Source: an uncultured Porphyromonadaceae bacterium
Lineage (GTDB): Bacteria; Bacteroidota; Bacteroidia; Bacteroidales; Muribaculaceae
DNA length: 64,000 nucleotides
Direction: 5' to 3'
Assembly (NCBI GenBank): GCA_900550645.1
Contig: URTA01000004.1
Span: 29,832 to 93,831 of the forward strand
Each line of letters starts with the position of its first letter. Position 1 is the stretch's first letter. The position numbers were made by a program, and so were the translations under genes. Below the pieces are notes generated by a model that was given only the letters and a program-made list of their open reading frames with translations, did no database searches and had not been told where the DNA came from. Positions 39,267-48,800 of the stretch are shown here, piece by piece.

Positions 39267-39845
39267 ATGCCTAAATTAATAACTTATCTACTGACCATTG
39301 GCATGATTGTATTGGTGCCGATACTGTTGCTTGGATATTTGATTGAAGGATTTTGGTGGGTCATTTTGTCAGTTGCTGTAATTGGCGGAATTGTATGGTA
39401 TATAGTACACTTACATGATAAGTTGAAAGAAGAGCGACTATATAATGAGTATTTGATGGCATCTGCTCAAAAAGAAACCAGAGAGGAAGCAACTCAAAAA
39501 CAAATAAGAGAATTGAACAATAAAGTCGGTGAGAAAGGAGACTACATAGAATATTATGATGCGGTTGGCAAACCTCATTTGGTCGGGTTATTTTGGCGTA
39601 CTCAAAATATTCTATTGTTTGATAGGGTCTGCAAATTCGATGATCTTAAATCTATTTCTTGTGGCAAGCAGTTTATGGCATCCAATGTACTTGGTGTTGT
39701 TACTCTGCGTGGAGAAATTCGACTTACAATCTCAAACAAGGAAAAACTAATCGAAATTCACGCCATAATCTCTACTATAATCAAAAATAACAGAGGCTCG
39801 CAGAGTGCAGGAGTTAAGCCGTGTCATCTTCCGTTCACGTGGTGA
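39267..39845 (+). CDS. Hypothetical membrane protein (2 TM, then coiled coil and a small C-terminal domain) in an AT-rich islet
   Basis: ATG at 39267 (MPKLITYLL). Two N-terminal TM helices. No family recognised. Local GC is far below the window average. Confidence 0.5.
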   Translation: MPKLITYLLTIGMIVLVPILLLGYLIEGFWWVILSVAVIGGIVWYIVHLHDKLKEERLYNEYLMASAQKETREEATQKQIRELNNKVGEKGDYIEYYDAVGKPHLVGLFWRTQNILLFDRVCKFDDLKSISCGKQFMASNVLGVVTLRGEIRLTISNKEKLIEIHAIISTIIKNNRGSQSAGVKPCHLPFTW

Positions 39846-40245
39846 CGAGGCTACTCTTCCGACTGAACCTCTATATGGTTTTGCGAAATTGAAAATGTGT
39901 AAATTGTTGCAGGAGGCTGCGAATACAATTTCGGATAAAATTAAAGTGATGAACGAGCGTGATACCATCATCGCATCTTGCGTTGTCTGTAGAAAACGAA
40001 GTGTTGTCAGATGTGAACTGGGCCGTTCTCAAGGCCAATCGACAATTAAGCTCATTGTCTTTTGGGGACACAACGGCTCGACATTCAAAGATACTGGTGA
40101 CTACATAAACGCCCCAGACGTTGCCAAAGTTGTTGTCGGAGGGAGTTTGGAACAAAATAAGGATTCTTCTGTTTTTGTCAAAGGTATTCCGAGGCTATAT
40201 AATTGTCGTTCGGCTGCATCACTGGGTGACCTGTTTCAAATCTAA
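39805..40245 (+). CDS. Hypothetical small protein in the AT-rich islet
   Basis: The ORF track start is a GTG. The true start may be a downstream ATG (MCKLLQEA or MNERDT). No family recognised. Confidence 0.4.
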   Translation: MQELSRVIFRSRGDEATLPTEPLYGFAKLKMCKLLQEAANTISDKIKVMNERDTIIASCVVCRKRSVVRCELGRSQGQSTIKLIVFWGHNGSTFKDTGDYINAPDVAKVVVGGSLEQNKDSSVFVKGIPRLYNCRSAASLGDLFQI

Positions 40246-40246
40246 G

Positions 40247-40792
40247 TCAGTACCCTCGCTCTTTGCGGCGCAATGCATACATGCGCTCTTTGAAGCCCCC
40301 AGAGCGCATGAAATCCGTCTCAAGGCGTTCAAGTTGCCGAAACAGCAGGTAGTCGGCCTGGTTAATCAGGATTATGGTCATATTGGCGACCGTATGGTCG
40401 GGTCTTGTTTCGGCAAGTTGCATGAAATATTCTGCATCGTTGTGAGTGCGTCCGAGCCGGCGCATCGCTTCATATTCGGCACTTCCGCGTTCCCATTGTC
40501 GCATATTGTGCGTTTTCAGGTAGTCCTCGAAATCCTCAAGAAGTTCTTTCAGGCTTGCTTTTGCCACATTCACCAGTTTTATTTCCGTAGCTGCAGACGT
40601 GGCAGAAGCTGCGCATCCCTCGATGATGTTTTGTTTGCCGCTGCGGGCAGCTTGTACCATTTGGTCGATGGTGCGGTCTCCCTTGGCTAGGTATTTGTGG
40701 CAGAAGAAGTAGGTCAACTGGAAAATGGCATCGGCTTTCTGATATGACAGCAACTCCTTGTAATTGCCGCTGTGCCTCACCAGCTCGCCCAT
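40247..40792 (-). CDS. Four-helix-bundle protein (TIGR02436/Avd-like) with C-terminal suffix domain
   Basis: N-terminal YKELLSYQKADAIFQLTYFF pattern typical of the four-helix-bundle (bAvd-like) family. 181 aa fits the variant with a suffix domain. Confidence 0.55.
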   Translation of the reverse strand: MGELVRHSGNYKELLSYQKADAIFQLTYFFCHKYLAKGDRTIDQMVQAARSGKQNIIEGCAASATSAATEIKLVNVAKASLKELLEDFEDYLKTHNMRQWERGSAEYEAMRRLGRTHNDAEYFMQLAETRPDHTVANMTIILINQADYLLFRQLERLETDFMRSGGFKERMYALRRKERGY

Positions 40793-40824
40793 GACGAAAG
40801 ATTTTTAAGATGATTAGTGTGATT

Positions 40825-40851
40825 AAAGTCCTTAAGGTCTCTAAGGACTTT
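40825..40851. terminator. Hairpin AAAGTCCTTA...TAAGGACTTT downstream of tRNA-Gln
   Basis: 10 bp perfect inverted repeat read from the sequence, directly 3' of the minus-strand tRNA. Confidence 0.45.
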
Positions 40852-40872
40852 AAAGACCTTAAAGATAAGTAG

Positions 40873-40943
40873 TTGTCTTACCAGGATTCGAACCTGGACA
40901 AGCAGAACCAAAAACTGCTGTGCTACCATTACACCATAAGACA
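40873..40943 (-). tRNA. tRNA-Gln (anticodon UUG), tentative
   Basis: Reverse complement folds as acceptor TGTCTTA/TAAGACA, D-arm GTGTAATGGTAGCAC, anticodon stem GCAGT/TCTGC (one U-U pair), loop TTTTGGT, T-arm CCAGGTTCGAATCCTGG. The anticodon reading depends on loop register. Confidence 0.55.
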
Positions 40944-41190
40944 ATCCATTACTCCAGCGAACACCTATAAATAATAAAAACGTAAAAAACCAATTCGCTA
41001 AAAGCAGTGCAAAGTTACGGCGTTTTTCCGTCTCCTGCAAGTGCCAGGCGAGGGCTGAGGCTGTTGGTGCTGCGGTATTACGCATTTTTAACGTGGCTCG
41101 AAACATTATGTCGCCGTTATGAACTACTTTTGCAGAGCATAAATGCGCCTGGGCAGAAGCCCTGCGCGTAACACAACTATTTATTTCTAT

Positions 41191-41781
41191 ATGGACAAAC
41201 TGAGTTATTCCTGGGGACTCGCCATGGGTCAGCAGCTGCGCGGAATGGGCGTAAAGGATTTGAACATCGAAGATTTCACCAACGCCGTTAGATGCGTTTT
41301 CGAGAACAAGGAGCCGGAAGTGAAGCCGGAGGAGGCACAGCAGGTCATCAATGCATACCTGCAAGAGCTGGAGGCCAAGGCTACGAAAGTCGCAAAAGAG
41401 GCCGGCGCGAAGTTCCTTGAGGAGAACGCGAAGAACGAGGGCGTAAAGGTGACTGCCTCGGGACTGCAATATACAGTCGAGAAAGAGGGTACGGGCGCGT
41501 CGCCCAAAGCCACTGACGAGGTGACGGTGCACTACACCGGACGCTTGCTCGACGGCACAGTCTTCGACAGCTCCGTAAGCCGTGGCGAGCCTGCAACATT
41601 CCCGCTCAACCGCGTCATCCCCGGCTGGACAGAGGGCGTGCAGCTGATGAAGGAGGGCGGCAAGTATATGTTCTTCATCCCGAGTGAGTTGGCTTACGGC
41701 GCACAGGGAATACCGAACGCTATCCCCCCGCACTCGACTCTGATATTTGAAGTTGAACTCATCAAGGTGATAAAGAAATGA
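41191..41781 (+). CDS. FKBP-type peptidyl-prolyl cis-trans isomerase (FklB-like, no signal peptide)
   Basis: FKBP core [18 protein letters not shown]...[28 protein letters not shown]...[10 protein letters not shown]. Confidence 0.8.
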   Translation: MDKLSYSWGLAMGQQLRGMGVKDLNIEDFTNAVRCVFENKEPEVKPEEAQQVINAYLQELEAKATKVAKEAGAKFLEENAKNEGVKVTASGLQYTVEKEGTGASPKATDEVTVHYTGRLLDGTVFDSSVSRGEPATFPLNRVIPGWTEGVQLMKEGGKYMFFIPSELAYGAQGIPNAIPPHSTLIFEVELIKVIKK

Positions 41782-42317
41782 AACGTATGAGCTGTTTTGC
41801 ATTTATCGCAGCCGGCGTGGTGCTGGCGTGGAGCGCGTCTTCATGCGGCAACAAGACCAAAGCTGAAAACGACACTCCGCAGACACAGCAGGAACAGGTC
41901 GCAGAACCGGCGCAGCCGGTTCAGGAAGGCGTGTACAACGCGGCTTACTTCCAGCAGACCGGCGACAGCGTGGGCTACAAGACTACCGCTTCAGGGCTGA
42001 AGTATGTGACTGTGACTGAAGGCACTGGCGAATCTCCCAAGGAGACGGACGAAGTGACCGTGCATTACACCGGCAAACTGCTGGACGGCACAGTGTTCGA
42101 CAGTTCGTACAATCACGGCGGAGAACCGATTTCTTTCCCGCTCAACCGTGTCATCAAGGGCTGGACTGAGGGACTGCAGCTGATGAAGGTCGGCGGCAAG
42201 ACGGTGTTCTACATTCCGAGCAACCTGGCATACGGCGAGCAGGGCATGCCTGGCGCAATACCCCCGAATGCTGACCTGATCTTCGAGGTTGAACTCATTA
42301 AGGTCAACGGAAAATGA
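41778..42317 (+). CDS. FKBP-type peptidyl-prolyl isomerase, lipoprotein
   Basis: Lipobox SSC. FKBP core nearly identical to the upstream paralog. Confidence 0.8.
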   Translation: MKRMSCFAFIAAGVVLAWSASSCGNKTKAENDTPQTQQEQVAEPAQPVQEGVYNAAYFQQTGDSVGYKTTASGLKYVTVTEGTGESPKETDEVTVHYTGKLLDGTVFDSSYNHGGEPISFPLNRVIKGWTEGLQLMKVGGKTVFYIPSNLAYGEQGMPGAIPPNADLIFEVELIKVNGK

Positions 42318-42529
42318 GAAAGCTGTTTCTCCTGACTGCCGGCATGGCAGTGCTGGCTCTCGCTGCCTCGGGCTGCAAGGGGCGTACCATGGAGAACATG
42401 GTGCCGACCGGCGACACCGTGGAGGTTGACGCGCCTGACGTGCGGGCTGCGGCTGCCGAGGACAGCCTCGCCGCCGTGACCCCCGACACACCGGTGGCGG
42501 CTGACAAACAAATGACACAGACGAAATAA
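42314..42529 (+). CDS. Small hypothetical lipoprotein (71 aa)
   Basis: Lipobox ASGC. Ala/Pro-rich. Overlaps the neighbouring gene by 4 nt. Confidence 0.4.
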   Translation: MRKLFLLTAGMAVLALAASGCKGRTMENMVPTGDTVEVDAPDVRAAAAEDSLAAVTPDTPVAADKQMTQTK

Positions 42530-42541
42530 AGAACAGATATT

Positions 42542-43453
42542 ATGAAACTGAAACTGTTTACCGCAGGAGCGGCCATGTCCCTCCTGCTGCTGGCTTCCTG
42601 CGACGGCGGCAACGTCACAGGCAAGGACATCAAGGAGGCTGGCGTTTCAAACACCACAGACTCGCTCTCATATTATGAGGGTATAAGCGCAGCATACATG
42701 TTTGAGCAGATGGCTCAGCAGGACACCACGCTCAAAACAGATGCCGGCCGTGCTGACTTCATAAAGGGTCTGCGTGCGGCAATGGAAATGTTTGACGGCA
42801 AGTCATAGGCATACATCGCGGGTCTCACTGCCGGAGTGCAGGTGGCTATGACAAACAAGAACTTCAAAAACGAGCTTGAGCTGAACATCAACAACCGCAT
42901 CATGCTGACAGGTCTGGCATACGCTCTTCAGAACGACTCGATAACCAAGGACCCGCAGGTCATGCAGCAGTTCCAGACGCTGATGCAGCGTCTTCAGGAA
43001 GAGAAGATGAAGAAAGACCATGACGCTGCCGTCAAGGAGATGGCTTCTCTCGCACACAAGGGCTATACTGCCAGCGGAGAGGGCATGATGGTCAAGGTGT
43101 CGAAGCCGGGCAGCGGCGAGACCCTGAAAGAGGGTGACCGCGTGAAGGTCAAGCTGGCTGTCAAGGAGATGAACGGCAAGGCTGTAAACCTGCCGCAGCT
43201 CCCAGAGGAGGTGGTCGTAGGACGCTCTTTCGGTTTTGACTCTCCGATGGCAAAGGCTATTGCGACGATGAGGATGGGCGAGACCGCGACATTCGCGTTC
43301 CCCGCAGTGGACATGTTCCGTGGCGGGCAGAAGCAGTACGGTCTCGAGAACAACAGCGTGCTGCTCTTTGAGGTGTCAACCCTCGGGCTTGCTCCCGCAG
43401 AAAAGGATAACGCTGCGCCTCTCAAGGTTGAGCCTGCCAAGCCTGGCAAGTAA
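42542..43453 (+). pseudogene. FkpA-like FKBP isomerase lipoprotein interrupted by an in-frame TAG at 42806..42808
   Basis: ORFs 42542..42808 and 42836..43453 are in the same frame. The N-terminal dimerisation-like segment (SLSYYEG...FDGKS*AYIAGLTAGVQ) continues through the stop into a degenerate FKBP domain. Confidence 0.5.
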
Positions 43454-43475
43454 GCAGCAAGACATACTGATACAA

Positions 43476-43512
43476 CACGAGGGCGTGCCGAAATCACCGG
43501 CATGCCCTCGTG
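43476..43512 (+). terminator. GC-rich hairpin CACGAGGGCGTGCCG...CGGCATGCCCTCGTG after the FKBP array
   Basis: 15 bp near-perfect inverted repeat. No clear U-tract. Confidence 0.4.
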
Positions 43513-43544
43513 CTGTCAGAGCCCTCGGAGAATATTTTGTCGCA

Positions 43545-43575
43545 CAAAAAAGAGCTTGCCATCTCGGCAAACTCT
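43545..43575 (-). terminator. Rho-independent terminator for tRNA-Lys
   Basis: On the minus strand, hairpin AGAGTTTGCC...GGCAAGCTCT followed by TTTTTT. Confidence 0.6.
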
Positions 43576-43603
43576 CCTTTTCTTTTCTTTTATATTACTG
43601 CTG

Positions 43604-43676
43604 TGACCCCGGAGGGGCTCGAACCCTCGACCCACTGATTAAGAGTCAGTTGCTCTACCAACTGAGCTACGGAGTC
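43604..43676 (-). tRNA. tRNA-Lys (anticodon CUU)
   Basis: Reverse complement GACTCCGTAGCTCAGTTGGTAGAGCAACTGACTCTTAATCAGTGGGTCGAGGGTTCGAGCCCCTCCGGGGTCA. Anticodon stem ACTGA/TCAGT with loop CTCTTAA. Confidence 0.8.
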
Positions 43677-43985
43677 TTGCTTTGACCATGTTTCCCTGTC
43701 AAAATCGATGCAAAGTTACTGCCTTATTTCGACATGGCAAAATTTTTCGGCATCTTTTTTTGCTGATTTTTCTTCAGCTTGGTGCATTAATCTGATTGTC
43801 ACTGTATTATGCTTGAAAAATATTTTGCCGATTTTTGCCGCGAAAATTTTTCTCCCCCGAGATTGCGTGTGTGTGAAAAATAATTCCTATCTTTGATGCA
43901 AATATTAAACGCGAGTGTGCGCGTGCCTGTACTATACCTCAGGACAGGTGTGTGCAGCCGCAGCAAAAACAAGGAAACAACAGAA

Positions 43986-45668
43986 ATGAACAAAGGAATG
44001 ATTTGGCTCGGGCTGGCGGCGGCAATGGTCGTCATGACGGGCTGCAACAAGAAGCTGTCAAAGTTTGAAAGTGACTTTTTCAACACCACGCCGCGTCCTA
44101 TCGAGACTGTCGGCAGCAACGTCCCGGCTACCGTGACCGGGCGCATCCCGGCAAAGTTCATGGTCAAGAACGCCAAAGTGACTGCAACCCCGGTGCTGCG
44201 CTGGGACGGCGGCGAGGCTCAGGGCGAGCCTACGGTGTTTCAGGGCGAGGATGTACGCGCCAACGGACAGGTGGTGGGCTATGCTGACGGCGGCGTAGTG
44301 CAGATACCCTACAGCGCGGAGTACGAACCCGGTATGGCGCAGTCTGACCTGTGGCTTCAGTTCCAGGTAGACCAGAAGGGCAAGATGTACGCTTTGCCGG
44401 ATGTCAAGGTGGGCAACGGCGTGATTGCCACTTCCACTCTCGCCTCCGCCAAGACGGTCACCCCGGCTGTCGCCAAGGACAATTTCCAGAAGGTCATCAA
44501 GGAGCAGTATTCTGCCAACATACATTTCCTCATCAACCAGGCCAATGTGCGCACCTCGCAGACATCGTCGCAGCAGTACATCGACCTGCAGAAGGAGCTG
44601 CGGGCTGCCGCTGCCGCTCCTGACCGCGAAATCACGGGCGTGGAAATCAACTCATTCGCTTCTCCCGAAGGTTCGTATGATTTCAACGAGAAGCTGGCTG
44701 CACAGCGCGAGAAAAACACCACCGCAGTTGTGGAAGGTCAGTTGAAGAAGGACAAGATACAGGAGTTCGGCGAGCTGACCTCGTCGTTCACCCCCGAGGA
44801 CTGGGAGGGATTCCAGCAGCTCGTGGAGAAGAGCAACATCCAGGACAAGGAGCTTATCCTCAGCGTGCTGAAGATGTACAAAGACCCCGAGGAGCGCGAG
44901 CGCGAAATCCGCAACCTCTCGTCGGTGTTCAACGAGCTCGCCGACCAGATACTGCCGCAGCTGCGCTACTCGCGCATCGTGGCTTCGGTCAACGTGATCG
45001 GCAAGAGCGACCAGGAGATGGTAGACCTGTTCAACAACGAGCCGTCAAAGCTGAATGTTGACGAGATGCTCTACCTTGCCACCCTCACCAACGACAACAG
45101 CAAGAAAATGGAGGTCTACAACCGTGTTTGCGAGCAGTTCCCGCAGGATTACCGTGGCTTCAACGACCTGGGCATGACACAGTATGTCGCCGGCGACTAC
45201 CGCGCTGCCAAGGCCAACTTCGAGCAGGCTCTGCGCCTCAACCCGCAGTCGAAGGAGGCGGAGATGAACATGGGCCTCATCTCGATGCTCGAGGGCGACA
45301 TGGACGCCGCAGCGCAGCGTCTTGGCGCGGCTGCATCAGTACCGGAGGCCGGCGACGCGCTGGGCGTGTACTACCTCACACAGGGCGACCTGAACAAGGC
45401 GGTGTCCTCATTCGGCTCTGCCAAGACCAACAACGCGGCTCTGGCGCAGATACTCGCCAAGGACTATACCGCTGCCCGCTCCACACTCTCTGCCATCAGC
45501 AACCCCGACGCGACGACATACTACCTCGCCGCTGTCCTGGGCGCACGCACCGGCTCGGAGAACATGGTGATGACCAACCTGCGCCACGCCGTGAAACTTG
45601 ACCCCTCAATGCTGCAACGCGCACGCAAGGACCTCGAGTTTGCCAACTACAGCCTCGGCAGCCTCTGA
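43986..45668 (+). CDS. Lipoprotein with OmpA-like region and C-terminal TPR repeats
   Basis: Lipobox MTGC after MNKGMIWLGLAAAMVV. Central OmpA-like segment (EINSFASPEGSYDFNEKLAAQRE). C-terminal TPRs. Confidence 0.55.
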   Translation: MNKGMIWLGLAAAMVVMTGCNKKLSKFESDFFNTTPRPIETVGSNVPATVTGRIPAKFMVKNAKVTATPVLRWDGGEAQGEPTVFQGEDVRANGQVVGYADGGVVQIPYSAEYEPGMAQSDLWLQFQVDQKGKMYALPDVKVGNGVIATSTLASAKTVTPAVAKDNFQKVIKEQYSANIHFLINQANVRTSQTSSQQYIDLQKELRAAAAAPDREITGVEINSFASPEGSYDFNEKLAAQREKNTTAVVEGQLKKDKIQEFGELTSSFTPEDWEGFQQLVEKSNIQDKELILSVLKMYKDPEEREREIRNLSSVFNELADQILPQLRYSRIVASVNVIGKSDQEMVDLFNNEPSKLNVDEMLYLATLTNDNSKKMEVYNRVCEQFPQDYRGFNDLGMTQYVAGDYRAAKANFEQALRLNPQSKEAEMNMGLISMLEGDMDAAAQRLGAAASVPEAGDALGVYYLTQGDLNKAVSSFGSAKTNNAALAQILAKDYTAARSTLSAISNPDATTYYLAAVLGARTGSENMVMTNLRHAVKLDPSMLQRARKDLEFANYSLGSL

Positions 45669-45807
45669 TCTGACACATACAACCTTACACGCCGGCGGGG
45701 ATGCGCACCGCGCACATCCCCGCTGCTGTAACCACCCTCACCACTCTGACAACCACCGCATATTCTGAGACTAACCCATTTTACTAATAACCCATAATAC
45801 AGTTTTT

Positions 45808-48800
45808 ATGAAAACAAGACTCACTACACTTGTCATGGCCGCCGCTATCACGGCTGCCGGGACGCTCGGGGCGACAGTGCGCTATGTCGCTGCTGACGGC
45901 ACGGGTGACGGCTCTTCGTGGGCAAATGCAATGAGCGATTTGCAAGCCGCGATAGACGCTTCCTCGTCCGGCGATGAAATCTGGGTCAAGCAAGGCACTT
46001 ACAAGCCCACAAGCCTGATCAAATCAAACAAGCCGACCTCCAAGGCTTTCATCCTCAAGGAGGGTGTGTCGCTCTACGGCGGCTTTGCCGGCACGGAGAC
46101 CTCGACCAGCGACCGTGTCCGCAACGGCGATAACGGCTTCAACCTGGCCAACGTGACGGAACTCAACGCTGACGACGACGTACCCGATGTATGGACGCGC
46201 ACCTTCGACGGCACTTCCTACCGCTGGACATGGGAGACTGAAAACGACCAGGTGACCGGCACCAGCGGCAACAGCAGCCACGTGCTCTACTGCTCCTCGA
46301 GCTTCACGGAGCAGACTGTCATTGACGGCTTCACCCTCCGGGGCGCAAACGCCAACGTGTACCAGGCCACGGCTTCCGGCGGCGCGGTATACGCGCTCGG
46401 CAACGTGACCCTGCGCAACTGTACGATGTACGAGAACTCGGCTTATTTCAAGGTCGAAGCCGATAGCAGCAACGCGCTTGGCGGCGCGGTATACCTCAAC
46501 GGCGGCACCATGGAGCAGTGCCTCGTGTCACGCGCTTTCTGCCATTCATCATACGGCAGCGGTGTTGGCGGCGCGGTATATGCCAAGGACGCGCAGATAA
46601 CCGGCTGCATGTTCGTTGACTGCGTAGGTCTCGACGGCGGCGGCGCAGTCTACATGATCCGCGGCTCACTGAGCGACTGCCGCTTCTCCAACTGCTACGG
46701 CAGCAGCGGCGGCGCAATATACAACAACGGCGGCACTATAGAGAACATAACTATCGAGGGTTGCCGCGCTATCAACGGCGGCGGCTTGTACAACGCTTAC
46801 GGCACTGTACGCAATGCGATCATATACAACTGCTATGCCGATGTCACTGAATATTCGTCCGGCGAAATGGGCGGCGGCGCGTTGTGCATGAACGGCGGCA
46901 ACGCTTCCGGCATCGTGGCTTACAACAACACCGCCTTTGCAGGCGGCGGCGTGTACATGAAGGCTGAGACTGCTCGCCTCGTCAACTCGACGGTACTCAA
47001 CAATGCTGTGCGCGAAGGGTCAACTGAGCCGGCCAACATACACATCTCCAACGCCGACAACGTGCTGAACACCATTTGGGACAGCAGCGTCAACCTCGCC
47101 GGCAATTTCGTCAACCCCACCTCATTCTCCGGCTATACCACCGACTGGGACATGACAAACAGTTTGGTCAATGCCAACTGGCAGCTCATCGAGGGCAGCC
47201 AATTCATTGACACCGGCACACCTGTCGAGGGCTTCACCGAGGGCACTGACGCGGCTGGCAACCCTCGCGTCACGGGCAGCTCTATCGACTGCGGCGCATA
47301 CGAGTACACCGACGGCACGCCCGTTGCCAACGCGACACTGCTGTTCGGCGGCGAGTTCAACACCATATACCTCTCTATAGGAACTGTCGGCGACACCCCT
47401 TACCAAGTGGACTGGGGTGACGGCAACTTGGTGACATACACCGAGGCATACACCCCGGAGAGCGACATGTTCAACCAGCGCGAGCTGAAGGGCAACTATG
47501 TCCGCATCTACGGTGATGTCCGCTTGCTGAAACTCATGGGCGGCAACAACTGCACAGGCTTCAGCGCGACGGGAAGCCCCAACCTCGAGATTCTCGCCTT
47601 GCCTTACAACTACATGGGCAATGTGGACGTGGCTTACCTGACGAAACTTCAGGAACTTGACCTCAGCGACAACGACCTGACCTCGCTCACCCTCCCGGCA
47701 ACAAACACCCTCGTCAAACTCGACATTGATGGCAACAAGCTGACAGAGCTGGACTTCTCTGGTGTCCCCAACCTGCAGGAACTTGATGCTGGCGACAATG
47801 GACTCACCTCATTTGACTTGACTGGCCTGTCCTGCCTGACGAGCCTCTCGCTGGATCAAAACAACCTGACGAGCATCGACCTGTCGCCGTGTCCCCTCCT
47901 TACCGAGCTTTCCATGGAGGAAAACGCGCTGACGAGCATCGACCTGTCCTCGCTCCCGCAGCTCAGCACTCTGGAACTCCGCAGCAACAAGCTGACAGAT
48001 ATTGACCTCTCCGGCAACCCGCAGCTGGCGTATCTGGATGTCAGCGAGAACAAACTCACCGAGCTTGACTTGAGCCATACGCCGATGCTCGAAACGGTGG
48101 CTGCAAACCTCAACGAGTTGCCCTCGATCGACTTGACTCCCTGCGCCAGCACTCTACAGAACCTCTCGCTGAGCGGCAACAAGCTGTCGAGCATCAATCT
48201 CGAGGGTCTGCCTGAACTGATGTACCTGGCTCTCGACTTCAACGCTTTCACGAGCATTGACCTCTCTGCTGTCCCCCAGCTGGAGTACATCGGCCTTGAC
48301 AACAATATGCTCACCTCTATCGACTTGAGCGCAAACACGCTGCTGAGCACCGTTTGCCTGACTGGCAACCAGCTGACGAGCCTCGACTTGAGCAACCATT
48401 CCCTGCTCAATGAGGTGTACATTGACTACAACCTCATGGAGGCTGACGCGATACGCTCCGTAATAAGCCAGCTCCCGGAAACGGAGGACTATGCTGTGCT
48501 CGACATCAGCTATATGCCCGGAACTTCAGGCGTTGACATAACCCCGGCAGAAGAGAAGGGCTGGGACGTTACGGCTGACTATGACGAGGAAACGGAAGGC
48601 TCCCTCGCCAGCCTGAACCTGCAGATGCGCACTATCGGCACGGCCACGGAGTACTGCGAATGTGTAATCACATTCACCGACGAAGCCCAGACCCAGTTCA
48701 GCATCAGCAACTTCCAGGGTTCAAGTACCTCACTGAAAGGCACTATCGATGCCGACAACAATGTCAAGATATATCCGCAGGTATTCTATGTGGGCAGCGA

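Noticed and set aside
39805-39845. Possible frameshifted single gene spanning 39267..40245
   Set aside because: The two ORFs are in different frames and overlap by 41 nt, but the downstream ORF has plausible internal ATG starts (MCKLLQEA, MNERDT) that remove the overlap. No continuity of sequence character across the junction was evident, so they are kept as two genes.
40777-41802. 341 aa ORF on the minus strand
   Set aside because: It runs antisense across two FKBP genes and the tRNA-Gln gene. It is a typical spurious long ORF in GC-rich DNA, with no motifs and an implausible overlap with an RNA gene.
47650-48420. DNA-level tandem repeats
   Set aside because: These are coding leucine-rich repeats inside a single long ORF, not a non-coding repeat array or mobile element.
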